Part shown: positions 31,086 through 41,059 of the stretch, piece by piece | How positions within the stretch are numbered: the stretch's first letter is position 1 | How the letters are laid out: each line of letters starts with the position of its first letter | Assembly: GCA_040754455.1 (NCBI GenBank) | Contig: JBFMCP010000002.1 | Span: 128,001-192,000 of the forward strand | Length of the DNA: 64,000 nt | Direction: 5' to 3' | Origin: Nitrospirota bacterium | Lineage (GTDB): Bacteria > Nitrospirota > Thermodesulfovibrionia > Thermodesulfovibrionales > Dissulfurispiraceae | Translations under genes and position numbers: made by a program | The notes under the pieces: generated by a model | Databases searched by the model: none | The model's input: only the letters and a program-made list of their open reading frames with translations | Told to the model about the DNA's origin: nothing

Positions 31086-31116
31086 GGGAGAGGAGGAATC
31101 CCCCCTCCTCTCTCCC
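31086..31116 (+). terminator. Intra-operon stem-loop
   Basis: GGGAGAGGAGG...CCTCCTCTCTCCC; no U tract. Confidence 0.45.
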
Positions 31117-31196
31117 ATACCCTAAGGAATGGGCGTCATCAACTTCGAAAGCAATATTCATTTACAATAAAGAAACGTTGTTTGTGGAGGGTGAAC

Positions 31197-33281
31197 ATGG
31201 GAGAAATTTCATCAGTATACAGCATGTGTGGCATGTGCGCAGTGCGCTGTCCCATCAGAGTTGAAGTAGAGAACGGGATCGTCAAGTGGATAGAGGGGAA
31301 CCCCCACGCAGCGGGGATAGAGGGCGCTCTTTGCGCCAAAGGCAGCGCGGGAATCGCTTTTGAGTATGATAGTGAGCGGCCTCAGTCGCCGATGATCAGA
31401 ATCGGCCCGAGGGGGTCGGGACAGTGGAAACGGGCGACCTGGGACGAGGCCCTTGAGTATATAGCTGAAAAGCTGAAAGCAGTAGTGGAAAAATACGGCG
31501 CGAGGGCTATTGCGCTCGCCGACAGGGGCGGTCCCTTTACGGACCTTACCAAGAGCTTCATCAAGGCGCTGGGCTCTCCCAACTACCTCGACCATGATGA
31601 TACGTGCGCCAAGAATGTGAATATGGCGGCCCAGACCCTTTTCGGCTACGGCCGCGGCGATCTCGGCTACGACATCGCCAACACGAAGCACCTCGTCCTG
31701 TTCGGCAGAAACATCTTCGAATCCCTCCAGGTAAAAGAGGTAAATAATGCTCTCGACGCCATGGAGAAAGGGGCGAAGATAACCTATATCGATGTCCGGG
31801 CCACCACCACCGCCTCCAAGGCGGACAAGTTCCTCATGATCAGGCCTGGCACCGACTATGCCTTTTGCCTCGGGCTCATCCATGTCATCCTCAAGGAAAA
31901 GCTCTACGATGCCGATTTCGTCAACAAGTATGTGGTGGGGCTCCAGGAGTTGGAGGCCTTTGTCGCCCCGTACACGCCCGAATGGGCGGAGCAGGAGACC
32001 GGTGTCCCCGCCTTCGAGATCGTCAACCTCGCCCGTGAAGTAAGCAGTGTGAAGCCGAAGGTGATCTTCCACGGCGGATGGATGCTCGCCCGGTATGTGG
32101 ATTCCTTCTATGCAAGCCGCTGCGCGTACATTCTCAATACGCTCATGGGCTCTATCGAAACAAAGGGTGGCATCGTGATCGCCAAAGGTGCGAAGGATGC
32201 GGGCAAGAAGGGGCTCAACTCTCTTGGCGCCAAGATCCCCGATCCGCAGGACAAAATATTCGATGCAGACCTGCCGGGCAAGTCTCTCGGTACCGGGCAC
32301 GTGATCAACCTCTACAAGGTCATCAAATCCGGTAAACCCTATCCGGTCAAGGCGTTCTTCGCTTATCGCTACGATCCTGTCGCCTCGCTCCCTGATCCGG
32401 ATGAGCAGAAAAATATCCTGGATAATCTCGACCTCCTCGTTTCCATCGATGTCAACTACAGCCAGACCGCATGGTATGCCGATGTGATTCTTCCCGAGGC
32501 GACCTACCTCGAGCGGTCGAATATCATCGCGGTCCAGAAGGGGCAGAAGCCCAACTTCCTCATGAGACGCCAGGCGGTCAAGCCCTATTACGACAGCAAG
32601 CCCGCCTGGGAAATCTTCAAGCTCATCGCGGAGAGGATGGGTGCGGGACAATATTTCCCTTATAACAGCATCGAGGAAATCTGGAACTACCAACTCGAGG
32701 GTACAGGGTATACCATTGAAGATTTCAAGGCAAAAGGTTTTGTGAGCCTCGCCAAAGACGCCATCTTCATGGACAGGAACGATATCAAGTTCACTACTCC
32801 TTCCGGCAAAATCGAGTTCGTGTCGAGCAAGCTGGAGAAGGCCGGCTTCAAATCCTTTGCTCCGTACAATAGCCCCAAGAAGCCTGAACCCGGATCTTTC
32901 CGGCTCACCTTCGGCAGGTCTCCGGCCCAGACCCATGCACAGTCCCAGAATAACCCCTACCTGAATGAGATAGTGCCGACCAACATTCTCTGGATAAACG
33001 AGAAAGAGGCGACCGCCCTCGGCATCAAGAACGGTGATATGGTGGAGGTAAGCGCAAACGGGTACTCAGGGACCATCAGGGCCTACGTTACGCCGTATAT
33101 TCATCCCGAGGCGGTCTTTATGTTCCACGGATTCGGCAACGAGATACCGCTCAAGACCCGCTCCTGCGGCAAAGGGCTCAGTGACACGAAGCTCGAAAGG
33201 GGCATCCTCGGAGTGGTGGATCCCGTGGGCGGCGGCGGCGCGTACAATGAGGCCATAGTAAAGGTCAGGAAGGCGAAATAA
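31197..33281 (+). CDS. Molybdopterin (bis-MGD) oxidoreductase catalytic subunit, Psr/Phs-like, no Tat signal
   Basis: FS0 motif CGMCAVRC...C immediately after the start, putative Mo-ligand Cys in DHDDTC, ADVILPEATYLER, C-terminal MGD domain; GGAGG RBS before ATG 31197. Confidence 0.88.
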   Translation: MGEISSVYSMCGMCAVRCPIRVEVENGIVKWIEGNPHAAGIEGALCAKGSAGIAFEYDSERPQSPMIRIGPRGSGQWKRATWDEALEYIAEKLKAVVEKYGARAIALADRGGPFTDLTKSFIKALGSPNYLDHDDTCAKNVNMAAQTLFGYGRGDLGYDIANTKHLVLFGRNIFESLQVKEVNNALDAMEKGAKITYIDVRATTTASKADKFLMIRPGTDYAFCLGLIHVILKEKLYDADFVNKYVVGLQELEAFVAPYTPEWAEQETGVPAFEIVNLAREVSSVKPKVIFHGGWMLARYVDSFYASRCAYILNTLMGSIETKGGIVIAKGAKDAGKKGLNSLGAKIPDPQDKIFDADLPGKSLGTGHVINLYKVIKSGKPYPVKAFFAYRYDPVASLPDPDEQKNILDNLDLLVSIDVNYSQTAWYADVILPEATYLERSNIIAVQKGQKPNFLMRRQAVKPYYDSKPAWEIFKLIAERMGAGQYFPYNSIEEIWNYQLEGTGYTIEDFKAKGFVSLAKDAIFMDRNDIKFTTPSGKIEFVSSKLEKAGFKSFAPYNSPKKPEPGSFRLTFGRSPAQTHAQSQNNPYLNEIVPTNILWINEKEATALGIKNGDMVEVSANGYSGTIRAYVTPYIHPEAVFMFHGFGNEIPLKTRSCGKGLSDTKLERGILGVVDPVGGGGAYNEAIVKVRKAK

Positions 33282-33294
33282 AGGAGGAAACATA

Positions 33295-33804
33295 ATGAGC
33301 GATTATTACATATACCAGGACCAGAGGAGATGCATCGGCTGCTACGCCTGCGAGGTGCATTGCAAGTCAAAGAACAACCTTCCCGTCGGTCCGCGGTTCT
33401 GCAGGATTATTCAGGTAGGACCGAAGATGGCAGGAGGTGTTCCCCGGATGCAGTTCGTCTTCATGCCCTGCTTCCATTGCGAAAAACCGTGGTGTGTATC
33501 CGCATGCCCGACCGGCGCAATGCAGAAACGGGCAAAGGACGGCATCGTCTTCGTCGACCAATCCCTGTGCGTTGGATGCAAGTCATGCATCACCGCGTGC
33601 CCCTGGGGCGTGCCGCAGTGGGACCCGGAGACGAAGAAAGTGGCGAAGTGCGATTACTGTAAAGACAGAGTCGATGCAGGGCTCAAGCCTGCATGCGTGA
33701 CCAAATGCACTGCCCATGCGCTCCGCTGGGTCACTGCAGCTGAGGCTTCGGCACTGAAGCGGGAACGGTTTGCAAAGGAAATAGCCGAAAATCTTCTCTG
33801 CTAG
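33295..33804 (+). CDS. Four-cluster Fe-S subunit (PsrB/PhsB/DmsB type)
   Basis: CIGCYACEVHC, CFHCEKPWCVSACP, CVGCKSCITACP, KCDYC...PACVTKC. Confidence 0.92.
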   Translation: MSDYYIYQDQRRCIGCYACEVHCKSKNNLPVGPRFCRIIQVGPKMAGGVPRMQFVFMPCFHCEKPWCVSACPTGAMQKRAKDGIVFVDQSLCVGCKSCITACPWGVPQWDPETKKVAKCDYCKDRVDAGLKPACVTKCTAHALRWVTAAEASALKRERFAKEIAENLLC

Positions 33805-33814
33805 AGGACGGACT

Positions 33815-34606
33815 ATGATACACCTTACGATAGACGGCAGGCCGGTTGAGGTTGCAGCAGAGACAACGGCCCTCGAAGCGGCCCGCCAGGCGGGCATTGC
33901 TATCCCTACGCTCTGCTACCATCGAGCGCTCGGCCCCAACGGCGTCTGCAGGCTCTGCATCGTCGAAGTGGAAGGCCCCGGGCTGAACCGCACCATTGCC
34001 ACCTCTTGCAATCTCCGCGTTGCCGAAGGCCTCAGGATCGAGACAAACTCTCCGGTTATCCAGGATATGAGGAAAACCATCCTGGAGCTGCTTCTTTCCG
34101 GAATGGTCCCGACACCGGAGCTGCGGTCGCTGGCAAAGCAGGCAGGAGTGGGGAGAAGGAGATTCAAAGCAGAACCGGAGGACCAGTGTGCGCTCTGCGG
34201 CATCTGCATCAGAACCTGCCGCGATCGCATCGGGGCCGGTGCACTGGCCTTCGGGACTGCAGGAAAGAGCAAAAGTAAAGTAGCCGAATATGTGACACTC
34301 TCCAAAGAGGCCTGCATCGGCTGTGGGACCTGCGCGCAGGTCTGCCCCGTCGGCGCAATCACCATCAAGGATAAAGGCGCGGAGCGGAAGATACTCCTCT
34401 ACGGAAAAGAAGCGAACCGGCTCGCGCTCGTTGCCTGCGAATCCTGCGGGACTCCCTTTGCAACGGAGCGATTCATCGATTCTGTGCTTTCCCGTCTTTC
34501 CGGTGAGCTTGGCGCACAGGTAAAGAGGATATGTCCGGAATGCGCACGGCACTATTATGCAGCGACACTGGCGGAAGGATTTCCGGTCGATAACACTGCA
34601 CGGTGA
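33815..34606 (+). CDS. 2Fe-2S plus multi-4Fe-4S electron-transfer protein (like the NuoG/SfrA/FdhA N-terminus)
   Basis: IPTLC...GVCRLCIVEV...TSC, CALCGICIRTC, CIGCGTCAQVCP, additional CxxC pairs. Confidence 0.85.
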   Translation: MIHLTIDGRPVEVAAETTALEAARQAGIAIPTLCYHRALGPNGVCRLCIVEVEGPGLNRTIATSCNLRVAEGLRIETNSPVIQDMRKTILELLLSGMVPTPELRSLAKQAGVGRRRFKAEPEDQCALCGICIRTCRDRIGAGALAFGTAGKSKSKVAEYVTLSKEACIGCGTCAQVCPVGAITIKDKGAERKILLYGKEANRLALVACESCGTPFATERFIDSVLSRLSGELGAQVKRICPECARHYYAATLAEGFPVDNTAR

Positions 34607-34709
34607 TCGCGCAGTATCGTCTTTAAGAAATAACAATATTCTACAGCAGGGCGGCCCCGAAAGTCGCCCCTTCGCTCTATGAAAGAGAAGGATAAAGAGG
34701 AGAAAGGGC

Positions 34710-36683
34710 ATGGCGGAAACAATCGTTTGTTACTGGAATAATAAATCCTGCGATGGAGCATCTCCCCTTAAGCACGGGAACGAGAATATTGCCGCCCTTA
34801 TCGGCTGGGGAGGTGTTCAGGTATTCGACCCCGACGTCGATATCATCGACCTCTGCGCTGCTTACGCTGCAGCGGTAAGAAATAATTCCTGCGGACAGTG
34901 TATTCCCTGTAGGATAGGAACAAGGATAATCGCCGATATTTTTGAGGGCATAAAAAAAGGAGAGGGCAAGCTGAACGATCTCGATACTGTAAGGACGCTC
35001 TCTGAGACCGTTGCCCGGACTTCGATGTGCGAAATAGGACGGAGCTCTCCTGAAGTGTTCCTGTATCTCCTCGATCACTATAAAGATGTTTTTCAAAAGG
35101 CAATAAAAGGCAAGAGGAAGGGAAAGAAAAAATACGTCTATCGCTCGATTAGGACGGCGCCCTGTATGCAGGCGTGTCCCATGCATCTGGATATCCCGAA
35201 ATACATCGAGGCGATCAAGTTCGGCAGATTCCGGGAATCTCTGGATATCATACGCCAGAAGCTCCCGCTGCCGGGAGTCGTCGGCAGAGTCTGTGTGCGG
35301 CCCTGTGAATTCAACTGCCGGAGAGGGCTCATCGATGAACCTATTCAGATAAAACATCTGAAGCGGTTCGTTGCCGATTACGACATCGAAAGTGTACGAG
35401 CTCCTGCATGCAAGAGACCTGAGGACAAAGTATTGTATGAGCTTTCGCGAGCCGAGGGTCCTCAGCTGCAGCGGCAGAAACCCAACGGCATCAAGATCGC
35501 CATTGTCGGTGCCGGTCCTTCGGGCCTCACCTGCGCCCATTTTCTCGCCTATCAGGGCTATGAAGTAACCATCTATGAGCTGCTCTCTGAACCGGGCGGC
35601 ATGGCTGCCGTCGGCATTCCTGATTACCGTTTGCCGCGAAGCATCCTGCGCGGTGAAATCGAAGCGATAGAGAAGCTGGGGGTGAAGATCGTTTACGGCA
35701 AAGGCCTCGGTACTCATTTTACCCTTGATGATCTTGAGAAAGAGGGGTATAAGGCACTATTCATCGGCATGGGCTGCCACTGTCATAAAAAGATGGACAT
35801 AGAGGGAGAAGACAAGGGCTATTACGGTTACATACCGGGCGTCTATTTCCTGCGCAATGTGAACCTCGGCCTCCTCGACGAGATACCAAAGGGGAAAAAG
35901 ATGGTGGTTGTCGGCGGCGGTAATGTCGCCATCGATTGTGTGCGCAGCGCGTTCAGAGTGGGATTCGAAGATTCCCATATCGTCTACCGGAGATCCCGTA
36001 AAGAGATGCCTGCCGATGCCGTCGAGATCAGTGATGCAGAAGCAGAAGGGGTGCAGTTCCATTTTTTGACAGCGCCGAAAAGGATCATCGGAGAAAACGG
36101 GAAAGTGGTGGGCCTCGAATGCCTCAGGATGGAACTGGGCGAGCCCGATGCCTCGGGCAGGAGGAGGCCGGTCGAGGTCCCCGGCTCTGAGTTTGTCATC
36201 GAGGCGGACGTCATCGTCGCCGCTATCGGACAAGAGGGAGATTTCTCGTGCATGTGCAACCTGCCGGGAGTCGAGGTGACAAAGAAAGGGGCTATTGTTG
36301 TCGATGAGAATCTGATGACCACCAGAAAAGGCGTCTTTGCCGGAGGCGATTGCATTACAGGCCCGGACGTTCTTATCAGGGCCTGCGCTCACGGGAGGCG
36401 CGTGGCATTGAAGATCGATATGTTCCTGAAAGAGGGAAAGATCGTACCCCTCGATGAAGAGAACGACGAAGCGTTTTTGAACCAGCTCAAGGTGTTCGAT
36501 CCCTCAGAAAAGGTGAACATCCCCGGAGGAGTAAAACGTATTCCTATCAAACACGAGCCGCCGGTAGAACGGAAGAAGGATTTCAGAGAGGTGGATAAAG
36601 GATTCACTGTGCAGGAGGCCATGGCCGAGGCCGAACGATGCCTGAGATGCTACCGCGTCGTCACTTATGCCACTATTAAATAA
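34710..36683 (+). CDS. SfrB/GltD-like NADPH-dependent Fe-S flavoprotein
   Basis: NuoF-type SCGQCIPCRIG...SMC, APCMQACP/GRVCVRPCEFNCRR, GAGPSG (FAD), GGGNVAID and YRRS (NADPH-type), ERCLRC tail. Confidence 0.88.
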   Translation: MAETIVCYWNNKSCDGASPLKHGNENIAALIGWGGVQVFDPDVDIIDLCAAYAAAVRNNSCGQCIPCRIGTRIIADIFEGIKKGEGKLNDLDTVRTLSETVARTSMCEIGRSSPEVFLYLLDHYKDVFQKAIKGKRKGKKKYVYRSIRTAPCMQACPMHLDIPKYIEAIKFGRFRESLDIIRQKLPLPGVVGRVCVRPCEFNCRRGLIDEPIQIKHLKRFVADYDIESVRAPACKRPEDKVLYELSRAEGPQLQRQKPNGIKIAIVGAGPSGLTCAHFLAYQGYEVTIYELLSEPGGMAAVGIPDYRLPRSILRGEIEAIEKLGVKIVYGKGLGTHFTLDDLEKEGYKALFIGMGCHCHKKMDIEGEDKGYYGYIPGVYFLRNVNLGLLDEIPKGKKMVVVGGGNVAIDCVRSAFRVGFEDSHIVYRRSRKEMPADAVEISDAEAEGVQFHFLTAPKRIIGENGKVVGLECLRMELGEPDASGRRRPVEVPGSEFVIEADVIVAAIGQEGDFSCMCNLPGVEVTKKGAIVVDENLMTTRKGVFAGGDCITGPDVLIRACAHGRRVALKIDMFLKEGKIVPLDEENDEAFLNQLKVFDPSEKVNIPGGVKRIPIKHEPPVERKKDFREVDKGFTVQEAMAEAERCLRCYRVVTYATIK

Positions 36684-36849
36684 ATAAAAGGCATCGAGTC
36701 CTTCAGTCGTTGTACTATTAAAGCAAGCGTCATTGGACATTGGTCATTAGCTATTGGTCGCTTATCAGTTGTCAGTTACTTTTACCAATGACCATTGACT
36801 ATCGACCAGTGATCGATGACTTCCTTTTGTCGAGATCGAGGATGCCTGA

Positions 36850-39800
36850 ATGGAACGGTTTCTGAATATCTTCTCAAAAAAGCGGCGATGCCTCCCCGTC
36901 GCCGATGCCCGGAGCAGTATTGCGGCGAAGTACAAATTCTTCAAGAGCCTTCTCAAACACAATCACACCGCCCTCAAGGCCATTGCCGATCTCGAACAGC
37001 TGTACTACAGCGGGAAGCCTTTCAGTCTTTCTTCCATACGTATTAATTACGAGGAGTTGCTTGAAGCAGTGACCGGCGTTATTCATTCTCTCCAGGCGCT
37101 GTCGGGGAAGGATATGGAGCCACTGGCAGAGGTCGCCGGGTGCATCGATAGAGAGCTCTTCAAGAACTTCAATCCGAAATGCGCCATCACCATAAAAGAT
37201 TTTGTCCTTCCCTTTGAAGAGATTACTCCCGAAATGAAAAAAATGGTAGGAGCGAAGGCCGCCAACCTGGCGGTGATAAAGAACGTGCTCGGGCTCCCCG
37301 TGCCGCAGGGGTTTGCCGTCACCGCCTATGCGTTTGAACACTTCATTGAAGAGAACAGGCTCCTCCGCCACATCAAAGAGGAATTGTCGCACATCTCCTC
37401 CGATGCCCCTGAGACCATCGAACGGGCAAGCGGCAGATTGAGAGAGATGGTGCTCAACGGGAAGGTGCCGGCTTCACTTTCTGCTGAGATCCTCAAGGCC
37501 TATGAGGCGATCGAGCAGAAATTGCACAGGGGAGTGCGCATTGCAATGAGGAGCAGCGCCGTTGGAGAGGATACCGAAGCAACCTTTGCAGGCCAGTACG
37601 AGACCGTGCTCAATGTGAAAAAAGAGAATATCATTGATGCCTACAAGACCGTTCTGGCGAGCAAATATTCCGCACGGGCGATCGCCTACCGGCTCCAGTA
37701 CGGGCTGGATGACCGCGAGACCCCCATGTGCGTGATCGGCATCGAGATGATCGATGCGACGTCGAGCGGCGTGCTCTATTCCGTTGATCCCGCGCTGCGG
37801 CGCTCCTGCCCGGTGAAGATCAATTCCCTCTGGGGCGTGGGAGAGCATCTTGTGGACGGCAGCGCCTCTCCCGATGTCTTTATCATCGACCGCATCGACA
37901 AGCGCATTGTCGAGAAGCATGTTGCACGGAAAGGATCGAGGATGATCAACCGGCGAGAGGGAGGAACCATGATCGAACAGGTCCCCGAGAGCGAGCGGCA
38001 GCGTTCCTCGCTCGACGATGCGAAGGCATTAGAGCTCGCCCATTACGGGTTGCTCCTGGAGGAGTTCTTCGAGAGCCCCCAGGACGTGGAGTGGGCCCTT
38101 GACAGCAATAACGACCTTTTCATCCTTCAGTCCAGGCCTCTGAACCTTCCTGAAATCACCGCCGAGGAGTCCGTACCACGCGACTACCCTGATCATCCTG
38201 TGCTTCTCTCTCAGGGCAGGGCGGCGGCGTCGGGGATTGCGACAGGGAGGGTGTTCATCGTGGAGCATGACGATGATCTCAAAAGAATTCCCCCTGATGC
38301 CATACTGGTAGCGCGGACCGCTTCGCCGGAATATGCGAAGGCCATCGGGAGGATCAGAGGTATTATAACCGACATCGGAAGCGTTACCAGTCATATGTCC
38401 TCCGTAGCCCGGGAATTCGGCATTCCCGCAATCGTGGATGCGGGTAACGCCACAGCGGTGCTGCCGAACGGACGGCTTATTACCATGTGGGCCGACACGA
38501 CGAGAGTGTACGATGGAGTGGTTGAATCACTGGTCAGAGAGATGAAGCCGGCACGAAAGCTTATCTTCGACAGCCCGCTCCACCGCCGCATGCGGAGAAT
38601 TCTCGACAAGATCGCTCCCTTGAACCTCACCGACCCTGAAGCGCCCACCTTTACCCCCGAAGGGTGTCAGACCTTCCATGACATCATCCGGTACACCCAT
38701 GAATATGCCATGCGGGAGATGTTCGGACTTTCGGAAGATACGGGTGAGACGGGGCGGTCGGTGAAACTTACGACCAGGCTTCCCCTCAATCTGCGGATGA
38801 TCGACCTGGGCGGAGGGCTCAGGGAGGGTCTGACCAGCTGTGATACGGTTACGCCTGATTGTATCGCATCGACCCCGATGAGGGCGGTCTGGAAAGGCTT
38901 TACGCATCCCGGCGTCAACTGGGCTGGCACGATGAGTTTTGACAGGAGCAAACTCTCCGGTCTCCTTGCGGCGGCAGCTGCTTCGGAATTCGGCGACACA
39001 GGTCCTGGAGAGAGCTATGCCATCCTGTCACGCGATTATCTGAACCTCAGCGTGCGCTTTGCCTATCACTTTGCCACGATCGACACGCTCTGCAGCGACA
39101 AGAGCACCCAGAACTATATCTCTCTCCAGTTTTCCGGGGGCGCCGGGAGCTACTACGGACGCTCGCTCCGTATCCAGCTGATCGGCACGGTGCTCGAGAG
39201 GCTCGGCTTCAAGGTGACGCTCAAGGGCGACCTCATCGAAGCGTTTATCGCACGTTATGACCGTCAGGCGATCGAGGAAAAGCTCGACCTGATGGGCAGG
39301 CTGCTTGCATCGAGCCGCCTGCTCGACATGGTCCTCTCGAACCAGGAGGAGATCGACTTCTATGCCGCTGCATTCTTCAGCGGCAACTACGACTTCCTCA
39401 CGAAGGGAAAGGAGGACGAATTCCCCGGCTTCTATGTCCGCGGGGGGTATTGGAAACGTCTCGTCGAAGAGGGCCACCCCTGTTGTCTGCAGGACGGTTC
39501 CCGCTGGGGCCGGAGAGTATCTTCTGAGTTCTCGGGACTCATGGGAAAGGTCATCGGCAACACATACCGGGAGTTTCTCGATACAATCGAAGCCTACTAC
39601 TATTTCCCTCTCCTGATTATGAAGGATATGGAGTTCTCCCAAGGCGCCATAACTGCCGGGATAAAGCCGATGCGCGGCAATATCGACCGGGCGGGCGGGA
39701 TCGCCTTTGGCATCAGGGACACGGAAAATTACTTCGTGCTCAGGACGAACTCTCTCGAGGGCAACATCGTGCTCTTCGAATTTGTAGAGGGAAGAAGGGT

Positions 39801-40032
39801 GCTTCTGTTCAGTGTAACAAAGAGGATAGAGAACAACCAGTGGCATCTTCTCAAGGCTGAGCTCACCGAGGATTCCATAAAAGGGTACTATAACGATGAT
39901 CTGGTCATGGAATATCCTCTCGATCAACCAATCAGAGGGTTTATCGGCCTCTGGACAAAATCCGACTCGGTCATCTGTTTTAAGGACCTGGTGATCGAGA
40001 CCGGAGGCGGTCGGAGGACAATCGCCTTTTGA
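36850..40032 (+). CDS. PEP-synthase/PPDK-like protein: ATP-grasp, phospho-His swivel domain, non-canonical C-terminus
   Basis: VGAKAANL, MRSSAVGED...FAGQYETVLNV, PQDVEWA...ILQSRPL, GSVTSHMSSVAREFGIP. Confidence 0.85.
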   Translation: MERFLNIFSKKRRCLPVADARSSIAAKYKFFKSLLKHNHTALKAIADLEQLYYSGKPFSLSSIRINYEELLEAVTGVIHSLQALSGKDMEPLAEVAGCIDRELFKNFNPKCAITIKDFVLPFEEITPEMKKMVGAKAANLAVIKNVLGLPVPQGFAVTAYAFEHFIEENRLLRHIKEELSHISSDAPETIERASGRLREMVLNGKVPASLSAEILKAYEAIEQKLHRGVRIAMRSSAVGEDTEATFAGQYETVLNVKKENIIDAYKTVLASKYSARAIAYRLQYGLDDRETPMCVIGIEMIDATSSGVLYSVDPALRRSCPVKINSLWGVGEHLVDGSASPDVFIIDRIDKRIVEKHVARKGSRMINRREGGTMIEQVPESERQRSSLDDAKALELAHYGLLLEEFFESPQDVEWALDSNNDLFILQSRPLNLPEITAEESVPRDYPDHPVLLSQGRAAASGIATGRVFIVEHDDDLKRIPPDAILVARTASPEYAKAIGRIRGIITDIGSVTSHMSSVAREFGIPAIVDAGNATAVLPNGRLITMWADTTRVYDGVVESLVREMKPARKLIFDSPLHRRMRRILDKIAPLNLTDPEAPTFTPEGCQTFHDIIRYTHEYAMREMFGLSEDTGETGRSVKLTTRLPLNLRMIDLGGGLREGLTSCDTVTPDCIASTPMRAVWKGFTHPGVNWAGTMSFDRSKLSGLLAAAAASEFGDTGPGESYAILSRDYLNLSVRFAYHFATIDTLCSDKSTQNYISLQFSGGAGSYYGRSLRIQLIGTVLERLGFKVTLKGDLIEAFIARYDRQAIEEKLDLMGRLLASSRLLDMVLSNQEEIDFYAAAFFSGNYDFLTKGKEDEFPGFYVRGGYWKRLVEEGHPCCLQDGSRWGRRVSSEFSGLMGKVIGNTYREFLDTIEAYYYFPLLIMKDMEFSQGAITAGIKPMRGNIDRAGGIAFGIRDTENYFVLRTNSLEGNIVLFEFVEGRRVLLFSVTKRIENNQWHLLKAELTEDSIKGYYNDDLVMEYPLDQPIRGFIGLWTKSDSVICFKDLVIETGGGRRTIAF

Positions 40033-40231
40033 AAAATTCCTCTTTCACAAGAGGGTAAAATTACCTGCCCGCTGTACCCGAAATGTCGTATACTGAAACA
40101 TATCCTCCCCTCGAGCAGTACATTATAAAAAACAGCAATATGCTATAATTATTTTGTTATCACTTCGGGGGCTGGATGCCGGCGAAGCACCGGCTCTCCT
40201 GCGCGCATATCTTTAATTATCACAAGGAGCT

Positions 40232-41059
40232 TTGTTGCTGGACTTATTTAAACAGATCAGATGGCAGGACTTTTTCGATATCGCCATTGTCTCCCTCATT
40301 TTCTATCGCATTCTTCTGATGATCAAAGGCACGAAAGCGGCGCAGATGCTTCTGGGGCTCGGCGTCCTGCTGATCGCCTCGTTCTTCTCAAAGTATCTGC
40401 AGCTGTATACCATGGACTGGATTATTCAGAGCTTCTGGTCCCAGGTGGTGATCGTCCTCATCATTCTCTTCCAGCCCGAGATCCGGAGGGCGCTTGCGCA
40501 GATGGGAGAGTCCTCCTTCTTTCAGAATCTTACCACTGCGGAGGAGCTGAAATCGCTCGAGGAAATCGTGAGGGCCACTGTTGCCCTGGCAAACAGAAAA
40601 ATAGGGGGGCTCATCGTGATCGAGCGTGAGGTGAGCCTCAGGGATTATGTTGAAATGGGGACGCCACTCGATGCGAAGGTCTCGAAGGAATTGCTGCTCA
40701 GTATCTTTCATCCGACCTCGCCGATCCATGACGGTGCGATAGTTATCCGCGGGAACAGGGTGGTTGCCGCTGGGTGCTTTCTGCCGATCACCCTTGGCGC
40801 CGATGTCAGTAAATCTCTCGGGACCCGCCACCGGGCGGGAATCGGCATTACGGAAGAGACCGATGCCGTTGCCATCATCGTTTCCGAGGAGACAGGAACC
40901 GTCTCGGTTGCGATGACCGGGAAGTTCCAGACGAATATCGACATGGGCACCCTCCGGGACATCCTTACCGATCTCTTTACGGAATCAAAAAAGGGCAAGG
41001 GCGGAGCAAGGAAAAAAGTAGAGCTGGCCGCCGGGCGCACCGAGGACGCCGAGAAATGA
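40232..41059 (+). CDS. dacA: Diadenylate cyclase CdaA/DacA
   Basis: Three N-terminal TM helices, FQPEIRRAL, HDGA, GTRHRA, VSEETG. Confidence 0.95.
   Translation: MLLDLFKQIRWQDFFDIAIVSLIFYRILLMIKGTKAAQMLLGLGVLLIASFFSKYLQLYTMDWIIQSFWSQVVIVLIILFQPEIRRALAQMGESSFFQNLTTAEELKSLEEIVRATVALANRKIGGLIVIEREVSLRDYVEMGTPLDAKVSKELLLSIFHPTSPIHDGAIVIRGNRVVAAGCFLPITLGADVSKSLGTRHRAGIGITEETDAVAIIVSEETGTVSVAMTGKFQTNIDMGTLRDILTDLFTESKKGKGGARKKVELAAGRTEDAEK

Noticed and set aside
31062..31196. N-terminal extension of the molybdoenzyme as an export signal
   Set aside because: The extension spans a hairpin, lacks a hydrophobic region and a twin-arginine consensus, and a good RBS precedes ATG 31197.
31197..36683. Selenocysteine read-through in the redox genes, given selB nearby
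   Set aside because: The ORFs are full length with Cys at the expected positions; the TGA at 34604-34606 is followed by only 8 codons with no domain continuation.
34710..36683. Glutamate synthase small subunit gltD
   Set aside because: No gltB adjacent; the extra NuoF-like Fe-S N-terminus and the redox context indicate an SfrB-like module.
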